In this document: one piece after another, positions 21,357 through 30,930 of the stretch
Layout: every line of letters starts with the position of its first letter
How positions within the stretch are numbered: the stretch's first letter is position 1
Virus record (IMG/VR): IMGVR_UViG_3300028571_000009
DNA: 64,000 bases
Strand: one strand, 5' to 3'
From: a virus
The notes under the pieces: model-generated
The model's input: only the letters and a program-made list of their open reading frames with translations
What the model was told of the DNA's origin: nothing
Database searches by the model: none
Program-made: the position numbers and the translations under genes

Positions 21357-21629
21357 ATGTCAGAAAATATTCAACAAATTGTAGTACAAATTACTTCAGC
21401 TCCGTTCGTTAGAGCACTTGCTCAATATGGTAATGCGTTACTTCCAAGCTCACAACAAGAAATACCTTATGATACATTAACAGATGAAGAAAAGGCTATT
21501 TGGGATGCTTTTATAGTAATGATAGAAAACAGATACAACGCTAATGATGTTATTTCTACAGAATTTGCAGCAGTAACAAAACGTTTAGAGGAATTACAAG
21601 CAATGATTGGTCAAAATCAACCAGTATAA
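21357..21629 (+). CDS. Hypothetical protein (possible fibre assembly chaperone)
   Basis: 90 aa, follows the beta-helix triplet, TATTTAT upstream. Confidence 0.45.
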   Translation: MSENIQQIVVQITSAPFVRALAQYGNALLPSSQQEIPYDTLTDEEKAIWDAFIVMIENRYNANDVISTEFAAVTKRLEELQAMIGQNQPV

Positions 21630-21640
21630 ATTAATTAAAA

Positions 21641-21979
21641 ATGCCAACATTAGGATTCGGCACGCCACCAAACATTCAAAGCCCGGTAGATAGTGATAAT
21701 ATCAATTATTACGCCAAAACTGGTACATTGTCCGTGTTACAAGTTCTTGATTTTCCATCAACATCGGCACAGAATTCCAGCGATATCACGGTACCCGTAA
21801 CCGGTGCGGTATTAAATGATATTGTTTTATTAGGTGTACCTAATGGTTCTACATTAAGTAATAGTTGTTTTACCGCTTGGGTGAGTGCAAGTAATGTAGT
21901 AACAATTAGATTTAATAATTACTCATCAGGTCCTCTAGACCCAGCATCCGGAACATTTAAAGTGCGTGTATTAAAATAA
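21641..21979 (+). CDS. Putative Ig-like small structural protein
   Basis: LDFPS...ITVPVTGA...FTAWVSASNVVTIRF...PASGTFKVRV beta-sandwich pattern. Confidence 0.5.
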   Translation: MPTLGFGTPPNIQSPVDSDNINYYAKTGTLSVLQVLDFPSTSAQNSSDITVPVTGAVLNDIVLLGVPNGSTLSNSCFTAWVSASNVVTIRFNNYSSGPLDPASGTFKVRVLK

Positions 21980-22017
21980 TATTTCCTATATTTATATAAA
22001 ATAAAAACGTTACAATT

Positions 22018-22290
22018 ATGTCAGCAGTTACGAAAATCAAACCAGAAGAATTAACTACTCTCCAATCATTACAACAAGCCTACTCAGATATCACTGCTAA
22101 GTTCGGACAGATTAAGGTGGAGCGTTTAATGATTCAGACTCAAGACGAAAGACTTGTTGCTTTAGAAGATTCTTTAGAAACACAATTTAAAGATAATCAA
22201 GCAAAGGAATCTGAATTCTTAAAATCTTTAGAATCTACATACGGTAAGGTATCGGTGAATATTGAAACCGGAGAAATTACGACTCTATAA
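22018..22290 (+). CDS. Coiled-coil hypothetical protein
   Basis: 90 aa heptad pattern ending YGKVSVNIETGEI; precedes the sheath gene. Confidence 0.55.
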   Translation: MSAVTKIKPEELTTLQSLQQAYSDITAKFGQIKVERLMIQTQDERLVALEDSLETQFKDNQAKESEFLKSLESTYGKVSVNIETGEITTL

Positions 22291-22369
22291 TATTTTCAAT
22301 ATTTTATGCCATATTTATATGTAAGATATTCTCATACATAATTATATCTAACAATATAAAATCTAAACA

Positions 22370-24868
22370 ATGGCAGAAAAAACAGTATCCGCTGGGGTAT
22401 TTACCAATGAAAAGGACCTTTCATTCTTACCACAGGGAGTAGCACAAATAGGTGCTGCAGTAATTGGTCCTACAATTAAAGGACCCGCTTTTATCCCAAC
22501 TATCGTCGAATCGTATAACGATTTCGTACAAAAATTCGGCGATACGACTCCGGATTCATACGTACCGTATACCATTAAAGACTATTTAAAGAACTCAGGT
22601 AGAGTTACGGTAGTACGTACTTTATTCGAAAACGGGTACAAAATGGATGCCCCGGTAGGTATAGTATTGTCTGGTTCGTATGGTAAGAAATTAATGGCCG
22701 TATTGCATCCTACGCAGATGATTACAAATGAGGCAGCGTATTCATATACCACACCGACATTATCGGTGTTTGAGAAATCAACCGTAACAACCAATTGGAA
22801 CCTAGGAGTTTCCGGGTCATTAACGGGGTCATTAGGGAACTTTGTACTGTCTATATCAGGTAGTGCACAGGCAGAAAAAAATACGACTGCAAATGTATAC
22901 TCCGCCAGTTTAGTGTCAACGAATGCTAGCTACTTATCTAAAATATTACCACTTAATCCTAAATCATACACGGCGCCTGCATACTTATATAATTTATATG
23001 GTAATGCAATTGCATCGGCATTAGCCGCTGATTCGGGTTCTGTAGTATCAGTGATATCAGGTTCATCAAATAGCTGGGACTTTGCTCAAGATGCTTCGTA
23101 TGCAACTACTCCGTGGATTACATCACAAAAGACGAACGGGAACATCAAGAAAGAACTAGTACGATTCAGTACATTATCAGATGGTACAGCGGTAAATTAT
23201 GAGGTAAAAGTTGCGATTGCTGATATCAAAGCAGCGGGCACAGTTCCTGGTTCAACCTATGGTTCATTTACAGTAATTGTAAGAGCTGTCGACCAAAGTG
23301 CTATTCAAGGAAGTCCATTCACGACAGGTGATGATTCCGATAGCAGACCTAATATATTAGAATTGTTTGATAATGTTAACCTAGACCCGACGTCGACAAA
23401 TTATATAGCTCGTAGAATTGGTGATAGATATGTTACAATTGATGCTAACGGAAAAATAACTTATTCCGGTGATTATCCGAATAACTCTAAATATATTAGA
23501 GTAGTAGCTGACGACGATGTGATAAACGCAGTGAACTCAGCAACTCTAGTACCGTTTGGATTTAGAGCTCTAGTAGCGCCGGTACCGGTAGGATTTGTAA
23601 GTGGAAGTGATGGAGTAGTTACTATACCAGCAGCATCATATGTAACTGACCAAATAGTAGCGAACTCGTACAGCAAACGTAAGTATTATGGGTTTGATTT
23701 TAGCTTATCAACTACAGATAACTTAAATTATCTAGCACCACTTCCAGTTACCGAAGTACAGACAACAGGTTCTAACGCGGATTTCTATTTAGGAGATTAT
23801 TCACAGAATGCTAGTGCGGGCACGTACACAGGGTCGATAGACCTTAGCACAAGTACAGTACTTGATACCCGTAAGTTTATAGTTCCGTTCCAAGGAGGTT
23901 TTGATGGTACATATCCGAACATACGAAAACTAAACGGTTCTAGTATTGAAGCGGCGAATATGCAAGGATTTAATTTATCCGCAGCAACATCAGCCGGTTA
24001 TTTGGCATATAAAAAATGTGTTGATGCAGTAAGTAACCCGGATGAATTTGATATCAATATGCTTGTATTACCGGGAACTAACTATAATGAACATCCGTTG
24101 ATTTTGAACTATGCGATGGACTTAGCTCTTGATAGAGGTGATACATTTATTGTTCTAGACGCGGTTGGCCTACCAGGAACGGGTGCGGTAGCTGCGACTG
24201 TGTTATCAGAAGCAGTAAATGCTGTTAATCCAATTGATAATAACTACGCGGCGACTTATTGGCCATGGGTTAAGATACTAGATGCCGGAATTAATAGACC
24301 AGTATGGGTACCAACCGCAGCGGTGTTGCCAGGTGTGATAGCATTTAGTGATAAGGTAGCAGCTGAATGGTATGCACCAGCCGGATTAAATAGAGGCGGT
24401 ATTACATCAGTAATTGATGCATGGACTCGTCTAACTCAAGATGAGAGAGATACTTTATATCAAGCCAGAATTAATCCGATTGCAACATTCCCGGGACAAG
24501 GCGTATGTGTATGGGGTCAGAAAACTCTTCAAGCTAAGCCTAGTGCATTAGATAGAGTAAATGTTCGTAGATTGTTGATAGCCGTTAAGAAATATATCGC
24601 ATCAGCAACCAAATATTTGGTATTCGAAAATAATACTGCCGCAACACGTAACCGATTCTTAAATATTGTGAATCCGTATATGAGCTCAGTACAACAACGT
24701 CAAGGTTTGTATTCGTTTAAAGTTGTAATGGATGAGTCAAACAATACACCGGACGTAATTGACCGTAATATTATGTATGGACAGATATTCTTGCAACCAG
24801 CAAAGGCTGCCGAGTTTATCATTATAGACTTTAATATTCAACCCACAGGTGCTTCCTTCACCCAGTAA
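22370..24868 (+). CDS. Contractile tail sheath protein (gp18-like)
   Basis: SAGVFTNEKD, WYAPAGLNRG, WGQKTL, LDRVNVRRLL and AEFIIIDF motifs. Confidence 0.95.
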   Translation: MAEKTVSAGVFTNEKDLSFLPQGVAQIGAAVIGPTIKGPAFIPTIVESYNDFVQKFGDTTPDSYVPYTIKDYLKNSGRVTVVRTLFENGYKMDAPVGIVLSGSYGKKLMAVLHPTQMITNEAAYSYTTPTLSVFEKSTVTTNWNLGVSGSLTGSLGNFVLSISGSAQAEKNTTANVYSASLVSTNASYLSKILPLNPKSYTAPAYLYNLYGNAIASALAADSGSVVSVISGSSNSWDFAQDASYATTPWITSQKTNGNIKKELVRFSTLSDGTAVNYEVKVAIADIKAAGTVPGSTYGSFTVIVRAVDQSAIQGSPFTTGDDSDSRPNILELFDNVNLDPTSTNYIARRIGDRYVTIDANGKITYSGDYPNNSKYIRVVADDDVINAVNSATLVPFGFRALVAPVPVGFVSGSDGVVTIPAASYVTDQIVANSYSKRKYYGFDFSLSTTDNLNYLAPLPVTEVQTTGSNADFYLGDYSQNASAGTYTGSIDLSTSTVLDTRKFIVPFQGGFDGTYPNIRKLNGSSIEAANMQGFNLSAATSAGYLAYKKCVDAVSNPDEFDINMLVLPGTNYNEHPLILNYAMDLALDRGDTFIVLDAVGLPGTGAVAATVLSEAVNAVNPIDNNYAATYWPWVKILDAGINRPVWVPTAAVLPGVIAFSDKVAAEWYAPAGLNRGGITSVIDAWTRLTQDERDTLYQARINPIATFPGQGVCVWGQKTLQAKPSALDRVNVRRLLIAVKKYIASATKYLVFENNTAATRNRFLNIVNPYMSSVQQRQGLYSFKVVMDESNNTPDVIDRNIMYGQIFLQPAKAAEFIIIDFNIQPTGASFTQ

Positions 24869-24929
24869 AACGTAACTTAAAATCATTTAAGATAAAAGTC
24901 CTCTATATTTATAGTATAGGGGATTTTTT

Positions 24930-25787
24930 ATGAAAGAAACGTCAAATTGTGTGAATTGTCTATCCGAATTTACTTGGTATAAGTACGACCATAAACCGGA
25001 TAAAAAGTATTGTAGTATCGGCTGTTATATGTCCCATAAGAAATTACTTAATCTAGAACACAACCGGATAACAAAGGTGTGTAAATTTTGTGCGGCTGAA
25101 TTTAGTGTTGCTGATAGTGTTAATTGTAATAAACGTGAATTTTGTAGTAAGCAATGCATGTATGATAACCGTAAACATTCGAGTCATCATATTATACCAT
25201 GTAATAATTGCGGCGAACCTATTAGTGATTATAAAATTAAAACTACAAGAATGTTCTGTTCACCAGAATGTCAACGTTCTAGCATTTGGAGAAGCGAATT
25301 AAGTCGTGACCAAATGTTGTACAATAATCCAATGAATGACCCAGCAAAAATTCAAAAAATCAAGGACACCAAAATGGCTAAGTATGGTAATCCGAGCTAC
25401 AATAATCCGGAAAAAAATGTCGAAACCATGATTGCTAAATACGGTGTTAAGTATGCGTTTGATTTACATCCTAGCAATGGTCATAGGATATCTAAGCCGC
25501 AAAGACTTCAATTTAAAAAGGTATTGGAGCGATATCCCGACGCTATTCTTGAACACTATCTACCAGACGTGCATATTTCGGTTGATATTTACATACCGTC
25601 TCTTAAGAAAATAGTCGAGGTGTATGGTGATTATTGGCATTGTAACCCGAATATATTTTCAAAAGATATGTATCATAATCAATTGCATATGACAGCGAAC
25701 ACCAAATGGGAAATTGATTCGATAAGAAAAAAAAAATTAGAATCTGCAGGATACACTGTAGATGTGGTTTGGGAGTCAGAAATTTAA
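24930..25787 (+). mobile_element. Free-standing Zn-finger + Vsr-like homing endonuclease gene
   Basis: Three CxxC...(Y/F)CSxxC repeats; C-terminal VDIYIP...VEVYGDYWH...VVWESE. Confidence 0.8.
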
Positions 25788-25794
25788 TCAAAAA

Positions 25795-25820
25795 GAGAAT
25801 AGGGCTTCGGCCCTATTTTC
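25795..25820 (+). terminator. Intrinsic terminator with UUCG tetraloop
   Basis: GAGAATAGGGC-TTCG-GCCCTATTTTC. Confidence 0.85.
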
Positions 25821-25859
25821 ATGTGCGGTAATAGCACTCATTTAAGAGCATATAATACA

Positions 25860-25892
25860 TTTGTATAATTTGATATACATAATTTATATTTA
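25860..25892 (+). promoter_or_regulatory. Bacteroidota-type -33/-7 promoter
   Basis: TTTG-N21-TATATTTA. Confidence 0.5.
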
Positions 25893-25913
25893 TTAGTATA
25901 ACGCTTTCTAAGA

Positions 25914-26372
25914 ATGAAACTAACTATAATCTTGATGGTAATTAGTGCAATGCTAGTAATTATTGCTGGTATGTGTAAGGCATTTGGTGATACAATTCAA
26001 TTCCATTTTCCATTCTCTAAACTAAGTCAGTTAGGTGATTGGTGGAATCCACGCGAAAGCTGGAAATTAAAATATAGTAAAGCGATGACCCTAACGAAAA
26101 AAGCGTGGTGGTATATTGGATTACATACACCGACCTATGATGAGATGTTTCCATTTAGTACCACTATATTAGTTGCATTAACAGACGCGTGGCATTTCTG
26201 GGGCATGATTCATAACTCCACATTACTAGGCTCAGGTATAGCATTTGGCGCGGCTCTACCATACTTACTTAATTTAAGTAATCTATATTTATTACTAGTA
26301 ATACCATTGTATATGGTGTTCGCATTAACATTTCACGTATTTTTTCATAACATATTACCGAACAAAAAATGA
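25914..26372 (+). CDS. Membrane protein
   Basis: Several hydrophobic segments, WWNPRESW, LTDAWH. Confidence 0.65.
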   Translation: MKLTIILMVISAMLVIIAGMCKAFGDTIQFHFPFSKLSQLGDWWNPRESWKLKYSKAMTLTKKAWWYIGLHTPTYDEMFPFSTTILVALTDAWHFWGMIHNSTLLGSGIAFGAALPYLLNLSNLYLLLVIPLYMVFALTFHVFFHNILPNKK

Positions 26373-26656
26373 GCAAAGTTAAAGATTGGTATGACAGTTT
26401 GCAACCATCCACACAAGTAAAACTATTACAATGGGTGGGTTATCCACTATTATTTTTAATATTTATAATTCCAGGATTAATTTACTGGACTACACCTTCT
26501 CTTTATAATGATGGGAGACATGAGTGGATGATGTGGTGGACAATAGTTACAGCTTCTACATTTGTCGCTGTAGGTATAGGCTATTTTGTAATTTATAGGA
26601 ATGTTAAAGAAGCAATTGAATTAAAAAAATGGAGAAAAGAACATCCAGCACCATGA
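26369..26656 (+). CDS. Two-TM membrane protein
   Basis: Two hydrophobic helices and a basic C-terminus. Confidence 0.6.
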   Translation: MSKVKDWYDSLQPSTQVKLLQWVGYPLLFLIFIIPGLIYWTTPSLYNDGRHEWMMWWTIVTASTFVAVGIGYFVIYRNVKEAIELKKWRKEHPAP

Positions 26657-26686
26657 AATTAGACATCAAGATTTTAAATATATTAT

Positions 26687-26995
26687 ATGCATAAGTTTAC
26701 ATTTACCTATTACGGTTGGATTCCATCATACAGAGATTTTGACCAAGACGATTATGAGTGTTCTGCAAAGACAATGCAAGACGCTTGGGCAGATTTTAAT
26801 AAGCACGTTAAATTCGTTAAAAGTGCCGCTCTTACTCATATTGATGGAAAAGCCGTTAAGAAAGACAATTTACCGGTACCAACTCAAGAAGGGAAATTAT
26901 CGTTGGATATTAAGAAGCTCGTTCGGGAAGAAGTTAAGAAGGCTATCAATGAGGATGCTACTTCATTTGTAAAAACATTCAAACAACCTAATTAA
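26687..26995 (+). CDS. Hypothetical protein with C-terminal leader-like remnant
   Basis: Ends IKKLVREEVKKAINEDATSFVKTFKQPN. Confidence 0.5.
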   Translation: MHKFTFTYYGWIPSYRDFDQDDYECSAKTMQDAWADFNKHVKFVKSAALTHIDGKAVKKDNLPVPTQEGKLSLDIKKLVREEVKKAINEDATSFVKTFKQPN

Positions 26996-27001
26996 CACAA
27001 T

Positions 27002-27388
27002 ATGAAAATATCACAATTCAAGAAACTTATAAACGAAGAAATCAGAACCGTTCTAAAAGAACAAGAAGCTTCTGATGCAATGGCCGCGATAGAACATATT
27101 AAGGCCGCAGTGAAAGATTTATCAGGCTCTACAATCGCACAAGAAGATGCCGTGCTTCAACATTTAATGGCTAAATATACAGGTCTATTAGGTAAGATTA
27201 CTTCTTACATAAAGACGAAGTATAAAGTAGAAGATGAGCCGGTTGATGATACACAACAAGATGTGAGCCCGGAAGCTTCGGGTCAACGTCAAGTACCTAA
27301 AACTCAACCATCTAAGCAACACGCTCCGGTTAAGAAAGCGCCTAGTACACCAACATCAGGGGCGCCTGACTACTCTAAATCAGTATAG
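27002..27388 (+). CDS. Leader-bearing putative internal head protein
   Basis: MKISQFKKLINEEIRTVLKE. Confidence 0.6.
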   Translation: MKISQFKKLINEEIRTVLKEQEASDAMAAIEHIKAAVKDLSGSTIAQEDAVLQHLMAKYTGLLGKITSYIKTKYKVEDEPVDDTQQDVSPEASGQRQVPKTQPSKQHAPVKKAPSTPTSGAPDYSKSV

Positions 27389-27394
27389 TTTATT

Positions 27395-28174
27395 ATGGCG
27401 TCGAAAGATTACTATAAAAAAGTTTTAGAGTCGTTCAAACTAAATGTTAACGAAGACGTTGTCGATGACGTGTTCGGTAAGGTAGCATTCGGTGGTGTAC
27501 CAAACCGTAGCAAGTCAGGTAAAATTCTTAAATTACAGGGCCTTAGTCCAGTAAATACAAACCGAGAAGCTGATACGGAACGCGAAACTACTTTATTTGA
27601 TGCATTAAATGATTGGACCGGTAGCTCTAGCCGTGAGGTTGTATCCGTATTATATAAATTTAAAGATTTAATTCGTGCAGCTCAGAAGAAATTCCCAGGC
27701 CTGTTCAATCCCAGCACATCTAATGGTACTATATTATATAGAGGCTTGGACGAAGTTAGCAGTAAATTAGCTGCTAAGCTCGGTAGTACTACTAGAGAAG
27801 ATTGGCAACAGCTAAAATCAAGTCACGGTGTATACTGGGTATGTATGAAACCAGTAACGTATACTCCTAGAAAAAAGTGTCAAAGTTGGACAGATTCATT
27901 TAGAATTGCATCAAACGGATTTCTCGGAGAAGGATTGTTGGTGACTAAACAATCTGATGAATTCATGATTAACCAAGATTTACTGCAGATTATATTTAGC
28001 GGTAGGAGCGAACGCGAAGTAATCCATTTCGGGACGGAATTTAAGAATAAAGTATATGTCGCAGTATCTGATGACGTGTTTCATGATGAGATATTGAAGC
28101 GTATGCTCCGTCTACAGAAGGGAATGTCTAAATTAGACAAATTGCAGAATATTGCTAAAGTAGTCAAACTATAA
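27395..28174 (+). CDS. Putative R-S-E ADP-ribosyltransferase (Alt/Mod-like fold)
   Basis: ILYRG, CQSWT and SEREV motifs in canonical order. Confidence 0.65.
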   Translation: MASKDYYKKVLESFKLNVNEDVVDDVFGKVAFGGVPNRSKSGKILKLQGLSPVNTNREADTERETTLFDALNDWTGSSSREVVSVLYKFKDLIRAAQKKFPGLFNPSTSNGTILYRGLDEVSSKLAAKLGSTTREDWQQLKSSHGVYWVCMKPVTYTPRKKCQSWTDSFRIASNGFLGEGLLVTKQSDEFMINQDLLQIIFSGRSEREVIHFGTEFKNKVYVAVSDDVFHDEILKRMLRLQKGMSKLDKLQNIAKVVKL

Positions 28175-28224
28175 CATGTTTTATAAAACAATCGATATTT
28201 ATATTAAATTAAAACACAAATAAC

Positions 28225-28713
28225 ATGGCAGAATTATTAGACCCGTCAGAGATAATGTATACCAGCTTTGAACCCAAAGTTGCGAACAGATTTATTATGT
28301 ATATCGAGGGTATTCCAGCATATTTAATTAAAGCAGCAAACCGTCCCGGAATTACATTCGGAGATGTAGTATTAGACCACATTAACGTAGAGCGTAAGCT
28401 TAAAGGCAAAGGCCGTTGGAATGATGTATCAATTACATTATATGACCCGGTAGTGCCAAGTGCAGCACAAGCTGTTATGGAATGGATAAGACTTTCACAT
28501 GAATCAGTAACTGGTCGTGATGGTTATTCTGATTTCTATAAGAAAGATATTACATTTAATGCTTTAGGACCTGTAGGCGATAAGGTAGAAGAATGGACTT
28601 TGAAAGGGGCGTATATTGGTGACGCTAATTTTGGTGACTTTGACTGGAGTACGGAAGATGCGGTTAATATTCAATTAACTTTGAAATATGACTACGCGAT
28701 TTGCCAATTTTAA
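28225..28713 (+). CDS. Tail tube protein (gp19-like)
   Basis: FEPKVANRFIMYI, WNDVSITLYDP, VEEWTLKGAY, LTLKYDYA. Confidence 0.92.
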   Translation: MAELLDPSEIMYTSFEPKVANRFIMYIEGIPAYLIKAANRPGITFGDVVLDHINVERKLKGKGRWNDVSITLYDPVVPSAAQAVMEWIRLSHESVTGRDGYSDFYKKDITFNALGPVGDKVEEWTLKGAYIGDANFGDFDWSTEDAVNIQLTLKYDYAICQF

Positions 28714-28750
28714 TTTTCATTGATAATCCATAGAAAATAGGATAATCGAA

Positions 28751-28782
28751 TTTGATAGTTAGAAGTATTTTCCTTATATTTA
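28751..28782 (+). promoter_or_regulatory. Bacteroidota-type -33/-7 promoter
   Basis: TTTG-N20-TATATTTA. Confidence 0.6.
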
Positions 28783-28807
28783 TTAGTATAAAGAAAGTAC
28801 TTTTAAC

Positions 28808-29650
28808 ATGAATAACACTTCTGATTTAAAATTTACCTGCCCAATTTGTAGTAACAAATATAAAAGTTACGTCGGTGTGAGCTCGCACCTATCACGTGAA
28901 CATCACATTGGTACCCCCGCGGCACGATATATGGCGTTTCATAATATCACAGAAATACCAAAATGTAAATGTGGTTGCGGAAACGACGTTAAATTCTTCC
29001 CAGGAAAAGGCGGCTGGTTTGGAGAATATTTGGTTGGTCACGTATCTAGAACAAATGGTGGATTTCAAACTAAAGAAGGATTAGAAAAATCAGCAAATAC
29101 TAGACGCGAACGATTTGCTTCTGGTGAAATTGTGCAATGGAATAAGGGAACACATTACACGGCTGCACAAATGGTGCTTATTAATGAACGGGCTAAACGT
29201 CCAGATAGACGCGCTAAAATTTCAAAAGCGCTTAAAGGTAGACCGAAGACCGAAGAACATAAAAAGATTATGTTAGTGCAACTAGCAAAAAATAGAAAAG
29301 AATTACTTAAAGGAAATCCATCAAAATTAGAATATACATTCGCGGAAATACTGACAGGATTAGGTATAGAACATATACATCAATATAACGTAGATGGCTT
29401 TGAATATGATTTCTATATTCCTGAAAAGAATTTATTGCTTGAAGTAGATGGTGATTATTGGCACGGTAATCCTAATGTATATGATGAATTACAACTCAAC
29501 GGTATGCAACGTAAAAACAGAGGATTAGACACGTTAAAAGATATACACGCCAAGAAACATGGATATAATCTAGTCAGAATTTGGGAAAAAGATATTCGAA
29601 GCAATAGATTAACTGTAGTCCAGAAACTAATTGATATCATTAGAGCATAA
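28808..29650 (+). mobile_element. Free-standing Zn-finger / NUMOD3-like / Vsr-like homing endonuclease gene
   Basis: C2H2, PKCKCGCG, ISKALKGRPKTEEHK, YDFYIP...LEVDGDYWH...RIWE. Confidence 0.8.
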
Positions 29651-29680
29651 GGATTTTTCTTTTCAATATTTATTAGTGAT

Positions 29681-30232
29681 ATGATTAAACTATCCGATAT
29701 ACTTAAAGAAGCAGGTCGCACCGGCATTATGCGTGGTACCGCAGAGAAAGAGATGAATACAGGTATTCGTAAGGATTTCAAACGCACGAATATAAATTAT
29801 GGTGGTTGCGGTGTATTTGCTCAATTAATGTATTACGCAATAAAGAAAGAGTTTGGTGTGTCACCTATAATTCTAACTCTATTAAGACATAACGCGAGTA
29901 ATAGGAATCGGTATAAGAACGATGCTAACATCAATAACTTTAAATCATTAGGTGACTTTAGTGATGTCGGGTATATGTTATCACATATTATAATAGAAAT
30001 ACCGAATTCTAATTACTGCATTGATAGTGACGGTATTCATTCGAAAAAATGGTTTGATATTGAGTATACGCCGGACAGGTATAATGATAAGATGACTATT
30101 CAGACATTAACTAGATGGGCTAGAAATAAGGAATCGTGGAACGATATGTTTGACCGCGCGGAGATTCCTAATATAGTGAAGAAGATAGATGCTATTATGG
30201 CTAATGTGCATAAAGTAATTAATGGTAAATAA
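29681..30232 (+). CDS. Leader-bearing protein with possible papain/transglutaminase-like triad
   Basis: MIKLSDILKE; GGCGVFA...SHIII...IDSDG. Confidence 0.5.
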   Translation: MIKLSDILKEAGRTGIMRGTAEKEMNTGIRKDFKRTNINYGGCGVFAQLMYYAIKKEFGVSPIILTLLRHNASNRNRYKNDANINNFKSLGDFSDVGYMLSHIIIEIPNSNYCIDSDGIHSKKWFDIEYTPDRYNDKMTIQTLTRWARNKESWNDMFDRAEIPNIVKKIDAIMANVHKVINGK

Positions 30233-30249
30233 TTACATATTTATTAGAT

Positions 30250-30642
30250 ATGATTAAGTTACCAATAAGTATAGGCGACACAATTCTGACGGGAAAGTTC
30301 CGTAATAAGAAAACGGTCGTAAAACATATAGGTAAAAATGAATTAGGACTACCTACAGTAAACGGTAAAGTTATAGTAAATTATCGGTATTATACAGAAC
30401 CGGAGCCAGAACAAGTTAAAGAACATAAAACAATTATGAAAGTATCACAATTCAAGAATCTCATAAGAGAAGAAGTCAAGTCCGTTATCAAGGAAGACCG
30501 TACGCGTCTTGCGCCACTAAATAGTGCACAGGAAAACCTCTTAAAAGCATTGTATCTCGTTACAAAGAAACACTATGGTTCATTATCTGACCAAGAAATT
30601 ATTAATACACTATCACATTTAACGACCCTATATACTGGATAA
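30250..30642 (+). CDS. Hypothetical fusion: small beta domain plus internal leader-bearing module
   Basis: In-frame ATG at 30436 in an A-rich context starts MKVSQFKNLIREEVKSVIKE. Confidence 0.55.
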   Translation: MIKLPISIGDTILTGKFRNKKTVVKHIGKNELGLPTVNGKVIVNYRYYTEPEPEQVKEHKTIMKVSQFKNLIREEVKSVIKEDRTRLAPLNSAQENLLKALYLVTKKHYGSLSDQEIINTLSHLTTLYTG

Positions 30643-30643
30643 T

Positions 30644-30928
30644 ATGAAACTATCACAATTCAAACAATTAATTCGGGAAGAAGTTAAAAAAGCTATAGCT
30701 GAAAAAAGGCTAGTTGAAAATATTCTTAATCCGAAAGCATTTACTAAACTGTTTATTCAGAATGCAAAGAATGGCCTAGTAGAAAAGCCAGTAACATTTA
30801 AAGACCTTAAACAGTCATTAGATTATGTTACCAGATTATCCGGAATTCCGGACCTTAAGAAAACTCATAAAAAAGAATATGAGGAAATCATAGGACATTT
30901 ATCATCATTCTACAATATCGAGAAATAA
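30644..30928 (+). CDS. Leader-bearing putative internal head protein
   Basis: MKLSQFKQLIREEVKKAIAE. Confidence 0.6.
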   Translation: MKLSQFKQLIREEVKKAIAEKRLVENILNPKAFTKLFIQNAKNGLVEKPVTFKDLKQSLDYVTRLSGIPDLKKTHKKEYEEIIGHLSSFYNIEK

Positions 30929-30930
30929 TT

